Positions 31,866-42,892 of a stretch of DNA of 64,000 bases are shown in pieces; position 1 is the first letter of the stretch; each line of letters opens with the position of its first letter. The notes under the pieces were generated by a model. It saw nothing but the letters and a program-made list of their open reading frames with translations. It ran no database searches and was not told the origin of the DNA. The stretch comes from Candidatus Bathyarchaeota archaeon (lineage in GTDB: Archaea > Thermoproteota > Bathyarchaeia > 40CM-2-53-6). Location of the stretch: contig CAVTBR010000001.1 in assembly GCA_963733055.1 (NCBI GenBank), positions 1,376,001-1,440,000 of the forward strand, given 5' to 3'. The position numbers were made by a program, and so were the translations under genes.

Positions 31866-32303
31866 ATGGCCACGTCAGGAATAAAGCTCACCGGCGAAAC
31901 AATGCGGCTGATCGCACTCTTCGAAAACATAACCGGCGCGACAGCCAACGACTGCATAGTTGACACCGAAGGCGACAGGATAATTTTCATGGCGAAGCAA
32001 GGCGAGATGGGCTTAGCGATTGGGAAAGGCGGAAAGAACATCAACATGCTTCGCAAAATGACCGGAAAGCCAATTGAAGTCGTCGAATTCTCCGACAATG
32101 TCGAAGGCCTAATCCGAAACTGCCTATCCCCAGCTAAAGTAAAGGAAGTCCGAATAACCGAACGACCCGACAAGAAGATCGTGGTTGTCGAAGTGGAACC
32201 GAAGGACAAGGCGCTAGCGATAGGTAAGAACGGTCGGACGATCGACAAAACCCGCATGCTAGCAAAACGGTACTACCAAATCGACCACGTACAAGTCACT
32301 TAA
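31866..32303 (+). CDS. nusA: Archaeal NusA (two KH domains)
   Basis: AIGKGGKNI and AIGKNGRTI KH motifs; canonical position. Confidence 0.95.
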   Translation: MATSGIKLTGETMRLIALFENITGATANDCIVDTEGDRIIFMAKQGEMGLAIGKGGKNINMLRKMTGKPIEVVEFSDNVEGLIRNCLSPAKVKEVRITERPDKKIVVVEVEPKDKALAIGKNGRTIDKTRMLAKRYYQIDHVQVT

Positions 32304-32612
32304 CCAATCAAAGCCGTAGCGCAGGCCTCAGGCGACCGACCAGCGCGCCGATCGCAGAGAGTGATAGAGCGCGTAACGATGGCGTTTGGGAAATTTCCGA
32401 ACGAACTGTTAGCTAGTTAGTTTTGTCTGCCGATTCGATTGTAGCGGCCGTACCAGGTGACCGTTCCCTTAGTCCAATAAACGGGTGGTTTGGGTTTTGG
32501 TTTTGATCGCATTTTCTGCATTTTTCTTCTGACTCCTTTCGCTCCCGCCAGCGCTATTGGCGCACCCATACGGCGAATTGGTGTTATCTGTACTTAAGTG
32601 ATGGGTCGGGGT

Positions 32613-32888
32613 TCATTTACGGCGTTTTGGAGGGGGGGTTACCTTAGTTTCCGGAGCCGGGGGGTGTGCAATGATGACCTCGCCGCGGGAAGTGATGGAC
32701 GCGACAAATTGCTCTTTTCCGCCTTCTTCCGTAACGAACATCCCTGCCACGCTCCATGTACCATTAGCGTCAGGGCCTTTCGCTTCCTCGTCCATTGTGA
32801 TTGAAACTATTTTTCCATGGCGCGACCTCGTACCGACAACGTACTTTCTCGCCATGCTTTTCGCGTCATCCGCGGATGCTATTCTCAA
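32613..32888 (-). CDS. Hypothetical protein
   Basis: 91-aa ORF with protein-like composition. Confidence 0.55.
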   Translation of the reverse strand: MRIASADDAKSMARKYVVGTRSRHGKIVSITMDEEAKGPDANGTWSVAGMFVTEEGGKEQFVASITSRGEVIIAHPPAPETKVTPPPKRRK

Positions 32889-33117
32889 TCCACATCAAAT
32901 CCAAGGGTGTCGAGGTCGCTTATCTGACTCTACCGGTCGTCTCTCCACTTCGTTTACGTCGGAATAGGTTAGAGGATGGCATAACAAAGGATTCTGCGGT
33001 GCATTGATATTCAAGGCTTATCCTCCGGCTCATTTATTGAGGAAGAAATGTGTTATTCTGCGGCGGTGAGAGTGTTTGAAGAGTAGTTACTGGTATTGGC
33101 GACGTACCGCCGAATCC

Positions 33118-33216
33118 TCAGCGAAGGAAGTAGCCGACCGCCGCGAACAGGCCAATCGCGATGAAGCCTATAACAATAATCGTAGCAGGAATCGGAGGTA
33201 GTCCGTGGCCCGCCAT
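33118..33216 (-). CDS. Candidate 32-aa single-TM peptide MAGHGLPPIPATIIVIGFIAIGLFAAVGYFLR
   Basis: Read manually; clean hydrophobic helix ending in a basic residue. Confidence 0.35.
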   Translation of the reverse strand: MAGHGLPPIPATIIVIGFIAIGLFAAVGYFLR

Positions 33217-33559
33217 TCTTTTTCCCGTTCGAACACCTAGCGACAGTTCGGGTTACGGCGGATATGGACATGATCCGCCGGGAACAGGTACATGTCCTGC
33301 AAACGGCCCAGTCTTCTGCCATCGAAGTTTTTGGGTTCAACATTGAACATCTGGCTGTACCTTATTACGGGCTGTGCGGTTACTGATTGTTGAAGGCTAT
33401 TCTTGAGATGCCGCTTCGGAACTGTCAGAATTGTGGTGACCTAATCTTTTCCGAGGGGCCTCATACAGGAAGCTATCTATGTGTCAGATGCCACAGGTTG
33501 GAAACCGCCAAGAAAATGGGTTTCAGGTTTGATTAAATGATGCCTCCCGCTCAAAGCTT

Positions 33560-34663
33560 GTGCCGAACCTGAAAACGCTCCTCATAGAATGCCTCACCCC
33601 CAAAAGTAAACCTCGAACCGACGAAATGAGTGACATCGCGAAAGCGGCTGGATACAACGTCGTCGGGGAAGTAATACAACATCGCGAGGCCGTCGACGGC
33701 GCATATTGCGTTGGTGCAGGAAAACTCGACGAGATCTCCAAGCGCGTCGGAAAAGACTCAATCGAAGCCCTGATTTTTACCCGCCAGCTATCTGCCGGCC
33801 AACTGTTTCGCATTAAAAAGAAAGTCGGCGAGGAAATCCGCGTTCTCGACAGAAACCTACTCATCTTGGAAGTGTTCGAAAAACGCGCTACGACAACAGA
33901 GTCCAAACTCCAGATCGCACTAGCTAAGCTGCGCTACACGTTTTCCTGGGGCAGAGAATCAATCAGGATGCGTGGATTTGCAAGTGAGCAGATGGGGCGG
34001 GGTGGGCCTGGACAATACCCTTACGAAGTCTACGAGGCAATGTCCCGCAAACGCATAAGCAAGATCGAGCGGGAACTCAAAGAGGCAAGGTCGAAACACA
34101 GGAGCCTTCGCGAAGAAAGAGGAAGGGCCGGCTTCCGAACAGTAGCTTTGACGGGCTATACTCAAAGCGGGAAAACCACACTATTCAACAAAATCGCCTC
34201 AGAATCAAAAGAAACGGGAATGGGACCCTTTACGACGCTATCCACGCTCGCCCGAAAGGTCTCGACGGCTTCGAAAGATGTATCGACGAAGTCGTTCATC
34301 CTCATAGACTCCATTGGATTCATCGAGGACCTCAACCCAATTCTACTGAATGCGTTCCACACAACGCTCAACGAACTAGCAAATTCAGACCTAATCCTTC
34401 TTTTCGTAGACGGCAGTGAGGATATCCAAACCTCAAAGCGAAAACTTGAAGCCTCGCATGAGGCCATCGAGAAAGAAATCGCTGGCGTTCCAATTCTAAT
34501 CTGCATCAATAAAATGGATATCGCGCCGCGTGAACATCTGGACAAAGTGAGCGAGGAAACCCGCAAGGTATTCGGCGCGGCGGAAATAGTGGAGATTAGC
34601 TCCAAGACTGGGGAAAATGTGCCTAATCTGCTGTGGAAGATTGCGGAAAGACTCAGCGCGTAA
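33560..34663 (+). CDS. hflX: GTPase HflX
   Basis: GAGKLDEI, DRNLLILEVFEKRA, GYTQSGKTT (G1), DSIGF (G3), NKMD (G4). Confidence 0.92.
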   Translation: MPNLKTLLIECLTPKSKPRTDEMSDIAKAAGYNVVGEVIQHREAVDGAYCVGAGKLDEISKRVGKDSIEALIFTRQLSAGQLFRIKKKVGEEIRVLDRNLLILEVFEKRATTTESKLQIALAKLRYTFSWGRESIRMRGFASEQMGRGGPGQYPYEVYEAMSRKRISKIERELKEARSKHRSLREERGRAGFRTVALTGYTQSGKTTLFNKIASESKETGMGPFTTLSTLARKVSTASKDVSTKSFILIDSIGFIEDLNPILLNAFHTTLNELANSDLILLFVDGSEDIQTSKRKLEASHEAIEKEIAGVPILICINKMDIAPREHLDKVSEETRKVFGAAEIVEISSKTGENVPNLLWKIAERLSA

Positions 34664-34680
34664 TTTTTAGACGGAATTTC

Positions 34681-35061
34681 TTAGTGTTGTTGAAGTGGTA
34701 ATTCGAAGTAGTGCCGTTTTCCTTTGTTGTCCTCTTCGTAATCGTACTTCTTCATTGTTCGGCGATCAATGTAGAGGCCGGAGCCGAGGTGGTCTATTTG
34801 CATACCTTTGATCCGGGCCGTAAGTGAATCCATTATGTCCACGTAATTCCTGCCCTCAGTCGGTTTCCACTCAAGAACAGCCGTCGGCTCGCTCATTGTA
34901 ACAATTTTAACAAAAGCGCGAGGAGAACGGATTTCGGTATGACCCCCGATACATGCAAATGTCTTCGAGTCTAGGAATTCGCGAAACTTCTCGTAGTTTC
35001 CCGTGAAATCAAATTCGGTTCCGCACTTTTGACAGGTACACAGAAAAACGCGCATTGACAT
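34681..35061 (-). CDS. Hypothetical protein with N-terminal zinc-ribbon-like motif
   Basis: CQKCG...CIGGH. Confidence 0.6.
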   Translation of the reverse strand: MSMRVFLCTCQKCGTEFDFTGNYEKFREFLDSKTFACIGGHTEIRSPRAFVKIVTMSEPTAVLEWKPTEGRNYVDIMDSLTARIKGMQIDHLGSGLYIDRRTMKKYDYEEDNKGKRHYFELPLQQH

Positions 35062-35162
35062 AGGATACAATAGACATCGCCGCTTATAGAGCATGCCTAG
35101 TGTTTCGATGGTGGGACGCGCTCGTAACGTTGCTGGAGGTCTCACATGGGTAATGGCGTGTA

Positions 35163-36713
35163 TTATTCGCCGAATTTGACGCCTTGGGCGTGGGGAAGCT
35201 TGTCGCTCCAATTGATTGTGGTTGTTTGGCGGCGCATGTATTGTTTCCACGCATCAGATCCAGACTCTCGACCCCCACCCGTATCCTTCTCCCCTCCAAA
35301 AGCGCCGCCTATCTCGGCACCTGAGGTGCCAATGTTAACATTGGCTATGCCGCAGTCACTTCCGATGGCTGAAAGAAACTTCTCCGCCTTCGATACGGAC
35401 TCGGTGAATATTGCGGAGGAGAGTCCTTGTGGAACTTCGTTGTGCAGTTGGATGGCGTCGTCGATTGTGTCGTAGGGCATCACGTACAAAATCGGCGCGA
35501 ATGTTTCTTCACACACCAACGCAGTATTCCCTGGAACTCTCACAATTGCGGGCGTTACGTAGAACCCGGCCCTATCGAGTTTCTTCCCACCAACCACAAT
35601 TTTGCCGCCCTGCTTCGGAAGCGCCTCAAGCACATTCATCATCGCCTTCACCGCTTCCTCCTCAACCAAGGGTCCCATCAACGTTTCAGGTTGAAGCGGG
35701 TCGCCAATGCGCACTTGCTCGTAGGCCTTCACAAGCCGCGTGGTTAGTTCTTCAATGATTTTCTTTTGAGCGATAATCCTTCTTGTCGTCGTGCAACGCT
35801 GGCCTGCGGTGCCTACTGCGCCGAACAGGATTGCTCTAATGGCCAATTCGAGGTTGGCGTCTTCGGCGACGATTATTCCGTTATTTCCTCCAAGCTCCAG
35901 GATGGTTCGTCCCAGCTTCTTCGCGGCTGCTTCGGCAACCCTCAGGCCCATCGTGGTTGAGCCGGTCGAGGAGATTAGTGGGATTCTCTTGTCGTTGATC
36001 ATGCGTTCGCCGATCGTCGACCCTTTCCCTATCACGATCGTGAATATCCCGGTTAGATCGTGGCGCTTCATGATTCGGTTGACTAGGTGCTGGACTGCTA
36101 TGGCGCAGAGGGGTGTTTTGGAGGAGGGTTTCCATACCATCGTGTCCCCGCAGACGGCGGCGATCATAGAGTTCCAAGACCAGACCGCGACGGGGAAGTT
36201 GAACGCCGTAATTACTCCAACCACGCCGAGTGGATGCCATTGCTCATACATCCTGTGCATCGGGCGCTCTGATTGCATCGTCAGCCCATACAGCTGACGG
36301 GACAGGCCGACCGCGAAGTCGGCTATATCAACGGCCTCCTGCACCTCACCCACTCCTTCGGCAACGATCTTTCCCATCTCTAAAGTAACCAGCTTTCCGA
36401 GCGGTTCCTTGAACTTCCTCAGCTCGTCACCAATCTCGCGAACAATTTGGCCACGAACGGGCGCCGGGGTCATGCGCCAGTTCAGAAAACTTTCCTGGGC
36501 GACTTTGACGACATGTTCGTAATCACTTTCGGACGCGAGTGCGACTCTCGCTATCACTGAACCGTCGATCGGGGTTAGAACGGGTAGAAGTTCACGGCCT
36601 TCGACGCTGCTCCAGTCGTCTGGACCAGTGCATGCGCCAGAGTTTGTGTCTTGGATGCCTAACTGTCGCAGAAACGGGAACCTATCTTGGTTTGAGACTA
36701 GAGCCGTCTTCAT
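35163..36713 (-). CDS. Aldehyde dehydrogenase, ALDH7 (alpha-aminoadipic semialdehyde/P6C dehydrogenase-like)
   Basis: ITAFNFPVAVWSWN, LELGGNN, GTAGQRCTT, EETFAPIL, GGEKDTGGGRESGSDAWKQYMRR. Confidence 0.93.
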   Translation of the reverse strand: MKTALVSNQDRFPFLRQLGIQDTNSGACTGPDDWSSVEGRELLPVLTPIDGSVIARVALASESDYEHVVKVAQESFLNWRMTPAPVRGQIVREIGDELRKFKEPLGKLVTLEMGKIVAEGVGEVQEAVDIADFAVGLSRQLYGLTMQSERPMHRMYEQWHPLGVVGVITAFNFPVAVWSWNSMIAAVCGDTMVWKPSSKTPLCAIAVQHLVNRIMKRHDLTGIFTIVIGKGSTIGERMINDKRIPLISSTGSTTMGLRVAEAAAKKLGRTILELGGNNGIIVAEDANLELAIRAILFGAVGTAGQRCTTTRRIIAQKKIIEELTTRLVKAYEQVRIGDPLQPETLMGPLVEEEAVKAMMNVLEALPKQGGKIVVGGKKLDRAGFYVTPAIVRVPGNTALVCEETFAPILYVMPYDTIDDAIQLHNEVPQGLSSAIFTESVSKAEKFLSAIGSDCGIANVNIGTSGAEIGGAFGGEKDTGGGRESGSDAWKQYMRRQTTTINWSDKLPHAQGVKFGE

Positions 36714-36826
36714 GATCAGCCAGACTCCTGTACCGGGACATTGCGCCCGGCTTTATCCTTGCCTCCCAGTTACACCGCCGAGTAAGCTGGTCGCTGACAC
36801 GTGCGGTTATGTTTTCTTCTCATGCC

Positions 36827-37105
36827 CTATTCAGGGGGGACTTCGATGTCGCTTTCCTTACCCCCGGTTCCACCACATGCCTCACACACCAATCTGCCTC
36901 CACCGAAGCATTCGTTGCACTTTATGGAAACGACGCCGCTACCGTTGCAAATATCGCACTCAACCACACCCTTCTCGGTAGTCAGCTTTCCCGTGCCTTT
37001 ACATTCGTCACATTTAGTGGGGACGGAACCGGTGCCCTTGCATTTTCCGCAACTAACTTCGCCCGTACCATTACATGTCGTGCATACCAAAATGGAAAAC
37101 CTCAT
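36827..37105 (-). CDS. Stand-alone DnaJ-type Cys-rich zinc-finger protein
   Basis: Six CxxCxGxG repeats in 92 aa. Confidence 0.8.
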   Translation of the reverse strand: MRFSILVCTTCNGTGEVSCGKCKGTGSVPTKCDECKGTGKLTTEKGVVECDICNGSGVVSIKCNECFGGGRLVCEACGGTGGKESDIEVPPE

Positions 37106-37348
37106 TCTGACTTAAACGGTCAGTAGGCTTACAGGAGCTAAGCAGTCAATGCTTTTGAATCTTACGCCGATCTACCGTATAGAGTTCAGCGGCGGATAGA
37201 GGATAGCTTCCAGCACAGCAATATGCGAACGCCGCGCCGGAGTTTCTAATCACTAATCTTGTATCTCAATTTTGTCGACGCTTAACCGTACCGAGGAGCC
37301 GTAGCTTTAGGGGTAAACACGAGGGTTAGACGAGACGAATCATGCCTG

Positions 37349-37645
37349 CTACCCGCCGGCGACGGCCGCTATGACGAGGAATGGTTCCTCGCCGTTTTGG
37401 ACGGCCTTCGGTAGGGGTGCCTCAGGCGCCTCGTTTGACAGGTCCTCTTGGCAAGCGTAGAACCGCAAGAAATCTCGGCGTTTTTGTGTTGCGTAGTCGC
37501 GGATCGTTCCGCGGAGCGTGGGATAGTTGGCCTCGAGGGCATCAATTACTGAGCGTTGGGTAGCTTGGCCTTTGGTCTCGATATTTACCTCGCCTTCGAT
37601 GTGTGCCAGTACCCGGAGGTGTGGGGGAAGGAGAACTCTGATCAT
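37349..37645 (-). CDS. MoaD/ThiS family ubiquitin-like protein
   Basis: Beta-grasp pattern (IDALEANYP), C-terminal AVAGG; start overlaps the upstream stop (ATGA). Confidence 0.88.
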   Translation of the reverse strand: MIRVLLPPHLRVLAHIEGEVNIETKGQATQRSVIDALEANYPTLRGTIRDYATQKRRDFLRFYACQEDLSNEAPEAPLPKAVQNGEEPFLVIAAVAGG

Positions 37646-38829
37646 GGAATTGTTTGTGCCTCGACGGAGACTACGGGTGGTAGGTCGCGGACGATTGGGT
37701 TCCAACTATCCCCGTCATCTGTGGAGCTGTAAACTTGGCCTCCGGTGGTCCCAAAATACACACCGCAAGGGTCGAGGGTGTCGACGGACATCGCGTCCCG
37801 TAGTATGTCAACGTAGCAGTCGCGTTGCGGGAGGCCTTTAGTGAGTGCTTCCCATTCGTTTCCTCCTTTTCGACTGCGGTAGACTCGGAGTTTCCCCTCG
37901 GGCGGGTAATGCTCCCCATCGCTCTTGATGGGGACGACGTAGATCGTCTCCGGATCATGCGCGTTAACTGCGATCGGAAATCCAAAATCGCTTGGCAAGT
38001 TGCCGCTCACTTCCTGCCAGGATTCGCCTGCATCAATGCTCCGCATCACATCCCAATGCTTCTGCATGTAGAGTACATTGGGTCGTGAGGGGTGTATGGC
38101 AATTTTATGCACACAATGGCCTACCTCCGCGTCCGGCTTGGGAATGGTTTTCGAGATTAAGCCGCGGTTGATAGGTTTCCATGATGCTCCCGCGTCATCG
38201 CTCCGAAATGCTCCGGCGGCAGAGATTGCTGTGTATATTCTTCTCGGGTTTGTAGGGTCTAGAATGATTGTGTGCAAACACATGCCGCCGGCACCTGGTG
38301 CCCATTGGGAACCGGAGGGGTGGCCTCGGAGGCCGGGGAGTTCATGCCATGTCTTTCCCCCGTCCATTGTCCGGAAGAGCGCGGCATCCTCAACTCCAGC
38401 ATAGACCGTGTCCGGATCGGTCAGCGACGGTTCGAGATGCCAGACGCGCTTGAATTCCCACGGGTGCTGTGTGCCATCGTACCATTGGTGTGTCGTGAGT
38501 GGTTTTCCGGTGGTTGGGGAAGTGTCATACGTGAACTTGTTGCTTTCCGTAAGTGGAAACCCCTGCTCGTTCTTGGTTGGTTCCCCAGGCTTCAACCCTG
38601 GTTGATGCCAAGTTTCCCCTCCGTCATCGGATCGCTGGATGATTTGACCAAAGAAACCGCTACTCTGGGACGCGTAGATGCGGTTCGGGTCGGCGGGGGA
38701 TCCTTTCATGTGGTAGATCTCCCAACCGCCAAACTGCGGGCCTTTCACGTCCCACCGTTCACGTTTCTCGTCTGATGTCAGGATGAAGGCGCCTTTTCGG
38801 GTACCGGCCAGAACTCTTACGCGACTCAA
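37642..38829 (-). CDS. BNR/Asp-box repeat beta-propeller protein
   Basis: Multiple SxDxGxxW repeats ([40 protein letters not shown]). Confidence 0.9.
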   Translation of the reverse strand: MSRVRVLAGTRKGAFILTSDEKRERWDVKGPQFGGWEIYHMKGSPADPNRIYASQSSGFFGQIIQRSDDGGETWHQPGLKPGEPTKNEQGFPLTESNKFTYDTSPTTGKPLTTHQWYDGTQHPWEFKRVWHLEPSLTDPDTVYAGVEDAALFRTMDGGKTWHELPGLRGHPSGSQWAPGAGGMCLHTIILDPTNPRRIYTAISAAGAFRSDDAGASWKPINRGLISKTIPKPDAEVGHCVHKIAIHPSRPNVLYMQKHWDVMRSIDAGESWQEVSGNLPSDFGFPIAVNAHDPETIYVVPIKSDGEHYPPEGKLRVYRSRKGGNEWEALTKGLPQRDCYVDILRDAMSVDTLDPCGVYFGTTGGQVYSSTDDGDSWNPIVRDLPPVVSVEAQTIP

Positions 38830-39278
38830 CTGAAATCACACCTGCGAGCTTCAACCCCAAATGTTTTGCAGGGCTCGTAAATAAAGTCAAAGGGTTCCCT
38901 TAATAGGAAATGTTTTGGCCCCTACTTCAGCTACCACCGGATTCGGCGTTCCTTCTTCGCAACGACGAGGACCACTTGATTTCGTAGGGTGCTCGTTTCA
39001 CGTCAGTTGCAAGGCAATTGCCATGTAAGTTGCAAATTAGTACGATTCGCGTGGGCGAGAATCAGTTCTTTCTTGTCTACGACCAAGGGACCGTAAAGGA
39101 GGAAGGCCCTTTTTGTACTCACGGAGAGCCCGTCATGTGCTTACTCGAAGATGGAATCGATGGTGTGTGGCTGTTTTGTGTTAGCGTGGTCCGCCCGGGC
39201 TAAGCGCGGGTGAGTGCAAGCGTGTGCTAGGAGCACGGGACATTGCGTTAACAGTTTACAGGAACCCTTGGTTACGGG

Positions 39279-39836
39279 TTGGTCCGTCATTTGCAATGTG
39301 GGTGTCCTCGCGGAATGAAGAGGAACACGGTTACGTGGTTAAGCCTGTTTTCATGTTTCGTTGCAGTCTGCTTCCTGTTGAATCCCGCCCTCTCGAGTGA
39401 GTCCGTCGCGTTGCCTGTAGTTATGAATGATCAGGGTTTTGTGATCACAATCACGGACTACTATGTCAGCTCCGCGAATACGATTGTTATGGTTGGGACC
39501 GTGATGTCGCCGCAGGCGATGGTATTGAAGTCGTTAACTGGCTTAGCGTTCATTAACGGGATGGCCGTGGGTCGGGGCACATTAGACGAATCTCCGCTGC
39601 AACTGATGCCTGGAGTGCCCACTCCCGTGTCGGCAACGGTTACAACCAATTTCAACATCTACTATGCGCTTTGGTTCGGGCAAATTAGGGTAGGAGATGG
39701 TAGAATAGTTCCGTTCCGTTATGAATCCACGCCGATCACCGTCATACTCACCGGTCAACTGTGCGCTCTGCCGGCCGGTGACAATTGTTTCCCTTGGCCT
39801 GACTTCAACCAGACAAGCACACTGCAGCTACTCTGA
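39279..39836 (+). CDS. Hypothetical secreted beta-rich protein
   Basis: Signal-peptide-like MKRNTVTWLSLF... followed by a beta-strand-rich body. Confidence 0.6.
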   Translation: MVRHLQCGCPRGMKRNTVTWLSLFSCFVAVCFLLNPALSSESVALPVVMNDQGFVITITDYYVSSANTIVMVGTVMSPQAMVLKSLTGLAFINGMAVGRGTLDESPLQLMPGVPTPVSATVTTNFNIYYALWFGQIRVGDGRIVPFRYESTPITVILTGQLCALPAGDNCFPWPDFNQTSTLQLL

Positions 39837-39838
39837 AG

Positions 39839-40328
39839 TCAAGAAGGTTGGTGCTGAAATACTTCCGCGAATTCACCGCTGGTTAACTCTTTCAATTCTT
39901 TCGGGTTGATTCCGAAGACAGTGTTGGGCGTTCCGGCCGCCAGCGTACACCACCTCGAAACGCATGAGGCTAGGGTCCAAAATCGTTCTCAATTGACTGT
40001 GGTGAGCTACTGGTGGGACGCCGCCTACGGGGAAACCTGTCACCTGTTTCACCGTCTTCGCGTCTGCAATCTGCATCTCCCTCTTTCCCACGTGCTTGGC
40101 TAGCTTTTCCGTGTCGACTCGGTTCGGTCCGCTCGCGATGACCAAGATCGGTTGTTTGTCATCTGCGATGAAGACGAGTGATTTGGCGATTTGTGCGACC
40201 TCGCATCCGATCGCCGCAGCAGCCAACTCGGAGGTTCGGGTAGACTCATCGAACGTGACTATCTCGACCTCAACGCCACGGGAACTCATGAACTCCTTAA
40301 CACGCAAAGTATTATCGTTCATTGCCAT
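39839..40328 (-). CDS. YbaK/EbsC aminoacyl-tRNA deacylase family; apparent 1-nt insertion near 39940
   Basis: QIAKSLVF, TGFPVGGVPPVAH; removing one G restores YAAAGTPNTVF and a stop at 39839. Confidence 0.88.
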
Positions 40329-40470
40329 TCTCGCACCTTCTCCTATGCGACTATTCCTCTGCGCGTCCCGATACGCACGCTCAACAGAGAACTCTTCTGT
40401 TTGTAGAAAAATATGAGTGGGCCTGACTCGAGCCAGGCCTCTCGTTTGAGGTAATTCCCTAAACGGGTCT

Positions 40471-41079
40471 CTAGTGCTTTACTTTGGAGAAGCGCTGGTC
40501 AACATCAGACCAATTCACGACGTCCCACCACTTGTCGACGTAAGCGCCTCTGTCGTTTTTGTACTGGAGATAGTACGCATGTTCCCAGACGTCAATTCCT
40601 AGGAGGATTGGGAGTTGGGCGAGGTGCATGAAGTTCTGTTTCTCGATCTGAGTGAGGACGAGTTGGTCGGTGGTGTTGTCGTAGAGAAGTAAGGCCCAGC
40701 CTGAGCCTTCTACCGCTTTGGCCGCGTCGCCGAATTGTTGTTTGAATTTGTCGAAGCCGCCGAAGTCTGTTTTGATCTTGTCGCCGACCGCGCCGCCTGG
40801 TGTCCCTCCGCCTTTGCCTGGTGAGGCCATGTTGGGCCAGAAGATGCTGTGAAGGATGTGGCCTCCAAAGTGGAAGCTGTAATCCCTCAGGACTGCCTTG
40901 ATGTCAATCTGGGCTTCGCCTTTGCGGGCCTTGTCGAGTTTGTCCAGTGCGGCGTTCGCACCGTTGACGTAAGCTGCATGGTGCTTGTCATGATGAAGCG
41001 TCATTATTTCCTGTGAAATCACTGGTTCGAGCGCATTGGGTTTGTAGGGTAATTCCGGAAGAGTGTATTTATTTGGCAT
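40471..41079 (-). CDS. sod: Fe/Mn superoxide dismutase
   Basis: LHHDKHHAAYV, GGHILHSIFW, GSGWA, DVWEHAYY. Confidence 0.97.
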   Translation of the reverse strand: MPNKYTLPELPYKPNALEPVISQEIMTLHHDKHHAAYVNGANAALDKLDKARKGEAQIDIKAVLRDYSFHFGGHILHSIFWPNMASPGKGGGTPGGAVGDKIKTDFGGFDKFKQQFGDAAKAVEGSGWALLLYDNTTDQLVLTQIEKQNFMHLAQLPILLGIDVWEHAYYLQYKNDRGAYVDKWWDVVNWSDVDQRFSKVKH

Positions 41080-41161
41080 AAACCCAGCCAGTCTGCGGCA
41101 AGAAACATAAACCTTTCACCGAACAGGAATAGGCTTGCCCGATGCGTTAGCCGTTCGTAGT

Positions 41162-41569
41162 TTAGACGAGCTGCTTGACTTCTTCTGTGATAGCCTGTCC
41201 GAGGTGTCCGTATACCGCCAGTTTTAGGACTTTCAAGCCAAGTAGGGCGCATTTTATTCGTGTCGGGCCGGGGTCGATGCCTAGAAATTCCAGAACATTT
41301 GGCTTACCCATCGCCTTGACTTCGTCCAGCGTCTTTCCCTTGACAACTTCGGTAAGCATCGAGGCTGAGGCTTGGCTGATCGCGCACCCCTTCCCCTTGA
41401 AACGTATGTCATCAATCTTGTTATCCTTGATCTTCAGCTGCATTTCAATTATGTCGCCGCAGAGTGGGTTCGAGTCCTTAGCCCGCACGTCGGGTTCGGG
41501 TAGGTCGCCGAAGTTGCGCGGGTTCCTGTAGTAGTCTAGGATAATGTCCTTGTAGATGTCAGAACTCAT
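41162..41569 (-). CDS. sufU: Fe-S cluster scaffold/sulfur acceptor, SufU/IscU family
   Basis: NPLCGD, GCAISQASAS, RIKCALL. Confidence 0.92.
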   Translation of the reverse strand: MSSDIYKDIILDYYRNPRNFGDLPEPDVRAKDSNPLCGDIIEMQLKIKDNKIDDIRFKGKGCAISQASASMLTEVVKGKTLDEVKAMGKPNVLEFLGIDPGPTRIKCALLGLKVLKLAVYGHLGQAITEEVKQLV

Positions 41570-42814
41570 CGCGCAAATAGCTTCCTAGCTTTCTCCAAAG
41601 CGTCAATGAACACGTCAACCTCTTCCTTCATATTGTAGATATAGAAACTTGCCCTTGAAGTGGCGGGTAGTTCCAGGAATTCCATTAGGGGTTGCGCGCA
41701 GTGGTGGCCGGACCTGATGGCTACGCCCTCCTCATCGAGGATTGAAGCCAGATCGTGGGGGTGTATGTCTCCTAAATTGAATGAGACTACTCCCACCCTG
41801 CGTTCAACATCCATGGGCCCGTAAATCGTTAGGCCTTCGACCCGCTTCATTCGTTCAAGTGCGTAGCTAGTGATCTCCTTTTCGTAGTCGTGGACATTTC
41901 GCATTCCGATTCCGCAGAAGGTAGTCGACCGCGGCCCCTAGTCCGATGGCCCCTGAGACGTTCGGCGTCCCCGCTTCATACTTGTAGGGCAGGTCCTTCC
42001 ATAATGCGCCGGTCGTATGCACCTCTCGTATCATCTCGCCCCCACCAAGAAATGGGGGCATCTTCTCAAGTTGCTCACTCTTTCCGTAAAGAACTCCAAT
42101 CCCCGTAGGCCCGAGCATCTTATGGCCCGAAAACGCTGCGAAGTCACAGTCGATCTCTCTCACGTCAACGGTCATGTGGGGTACCGATTGGGCGGCATCG
42201 ATCAAGAACATAGCACCGTAGCGGTGAGCTACGCGCCCAATGTCCTTGACCGGGTTTATTGTCCCAAGCACGTTCGACGCATGCGTCACGCAGACGAGCT
42301 TCGTCTTCTCATCAATCAGTTCTTGAACTTCATCCTCGCGAAGTTCGCCGTTTTCATCGATCTTCACGAACTCAATCTTAGCATCCTTCTCCTCCGCCAG
42401 CAACTGCCATGGAACGATGTTGCTGTGATGTTCCATTATGGTTAGAACGATCTTATCCCCACTCCGAATATTTGCTCGACCCCAGGAATAGGCTACGAGG
42501 TTTATCGCTTCGGTCGCATTTCGCGTGAATATGATCTCCTGGGTTCCCTTGGCGTTGACAAACTTAGCAACCTTCTCCCTCGCCTCCTCATGAGCAAGCG
42601 TTGCCTCTTCCGCTAGTTTGTGGATACCGCGGTGAATGTTCGCATTGTACTCCCGATAATACCTGACAATCGCATCAATCACAACTTGCGGTTTCTGCGA
42701 AGTGGCCGCATTATCAAAATACACAAGCGGCTTATCGTTAACCTGCCGTTTCAGTACTGGGAAATCCTCACGGATTCTTGCGGCATTGATAGTCGCGAGT
42801 TTTTCGACCAACAT
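41566..42814 (-). CDS. sufS: Cysteine desulfurase SufS; apparent frameshift near 41910
   Basis: YFDNAATSQKP, SGHKMLGPTG, EAGTPN in the upstream frame; RSGHHCAQP in the downstream frame. Confidence 0.93.
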
Positions 42815-42892
42815 TCAGGCCTGCGGATTTGCGGTGGAGAGATTATTCGGCTTCGATCTGATATAAGCTCATCAACCGGTACCCAGCATGGA

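Noticed and set aside
40420-40440. GGCCTG-N8-CAGGCC hairpin downstream of sod
   Set aside because: Different stem and no CTGGAA flank, so not counted in the element hairpin family; probably an ordinary 3' stem-loop
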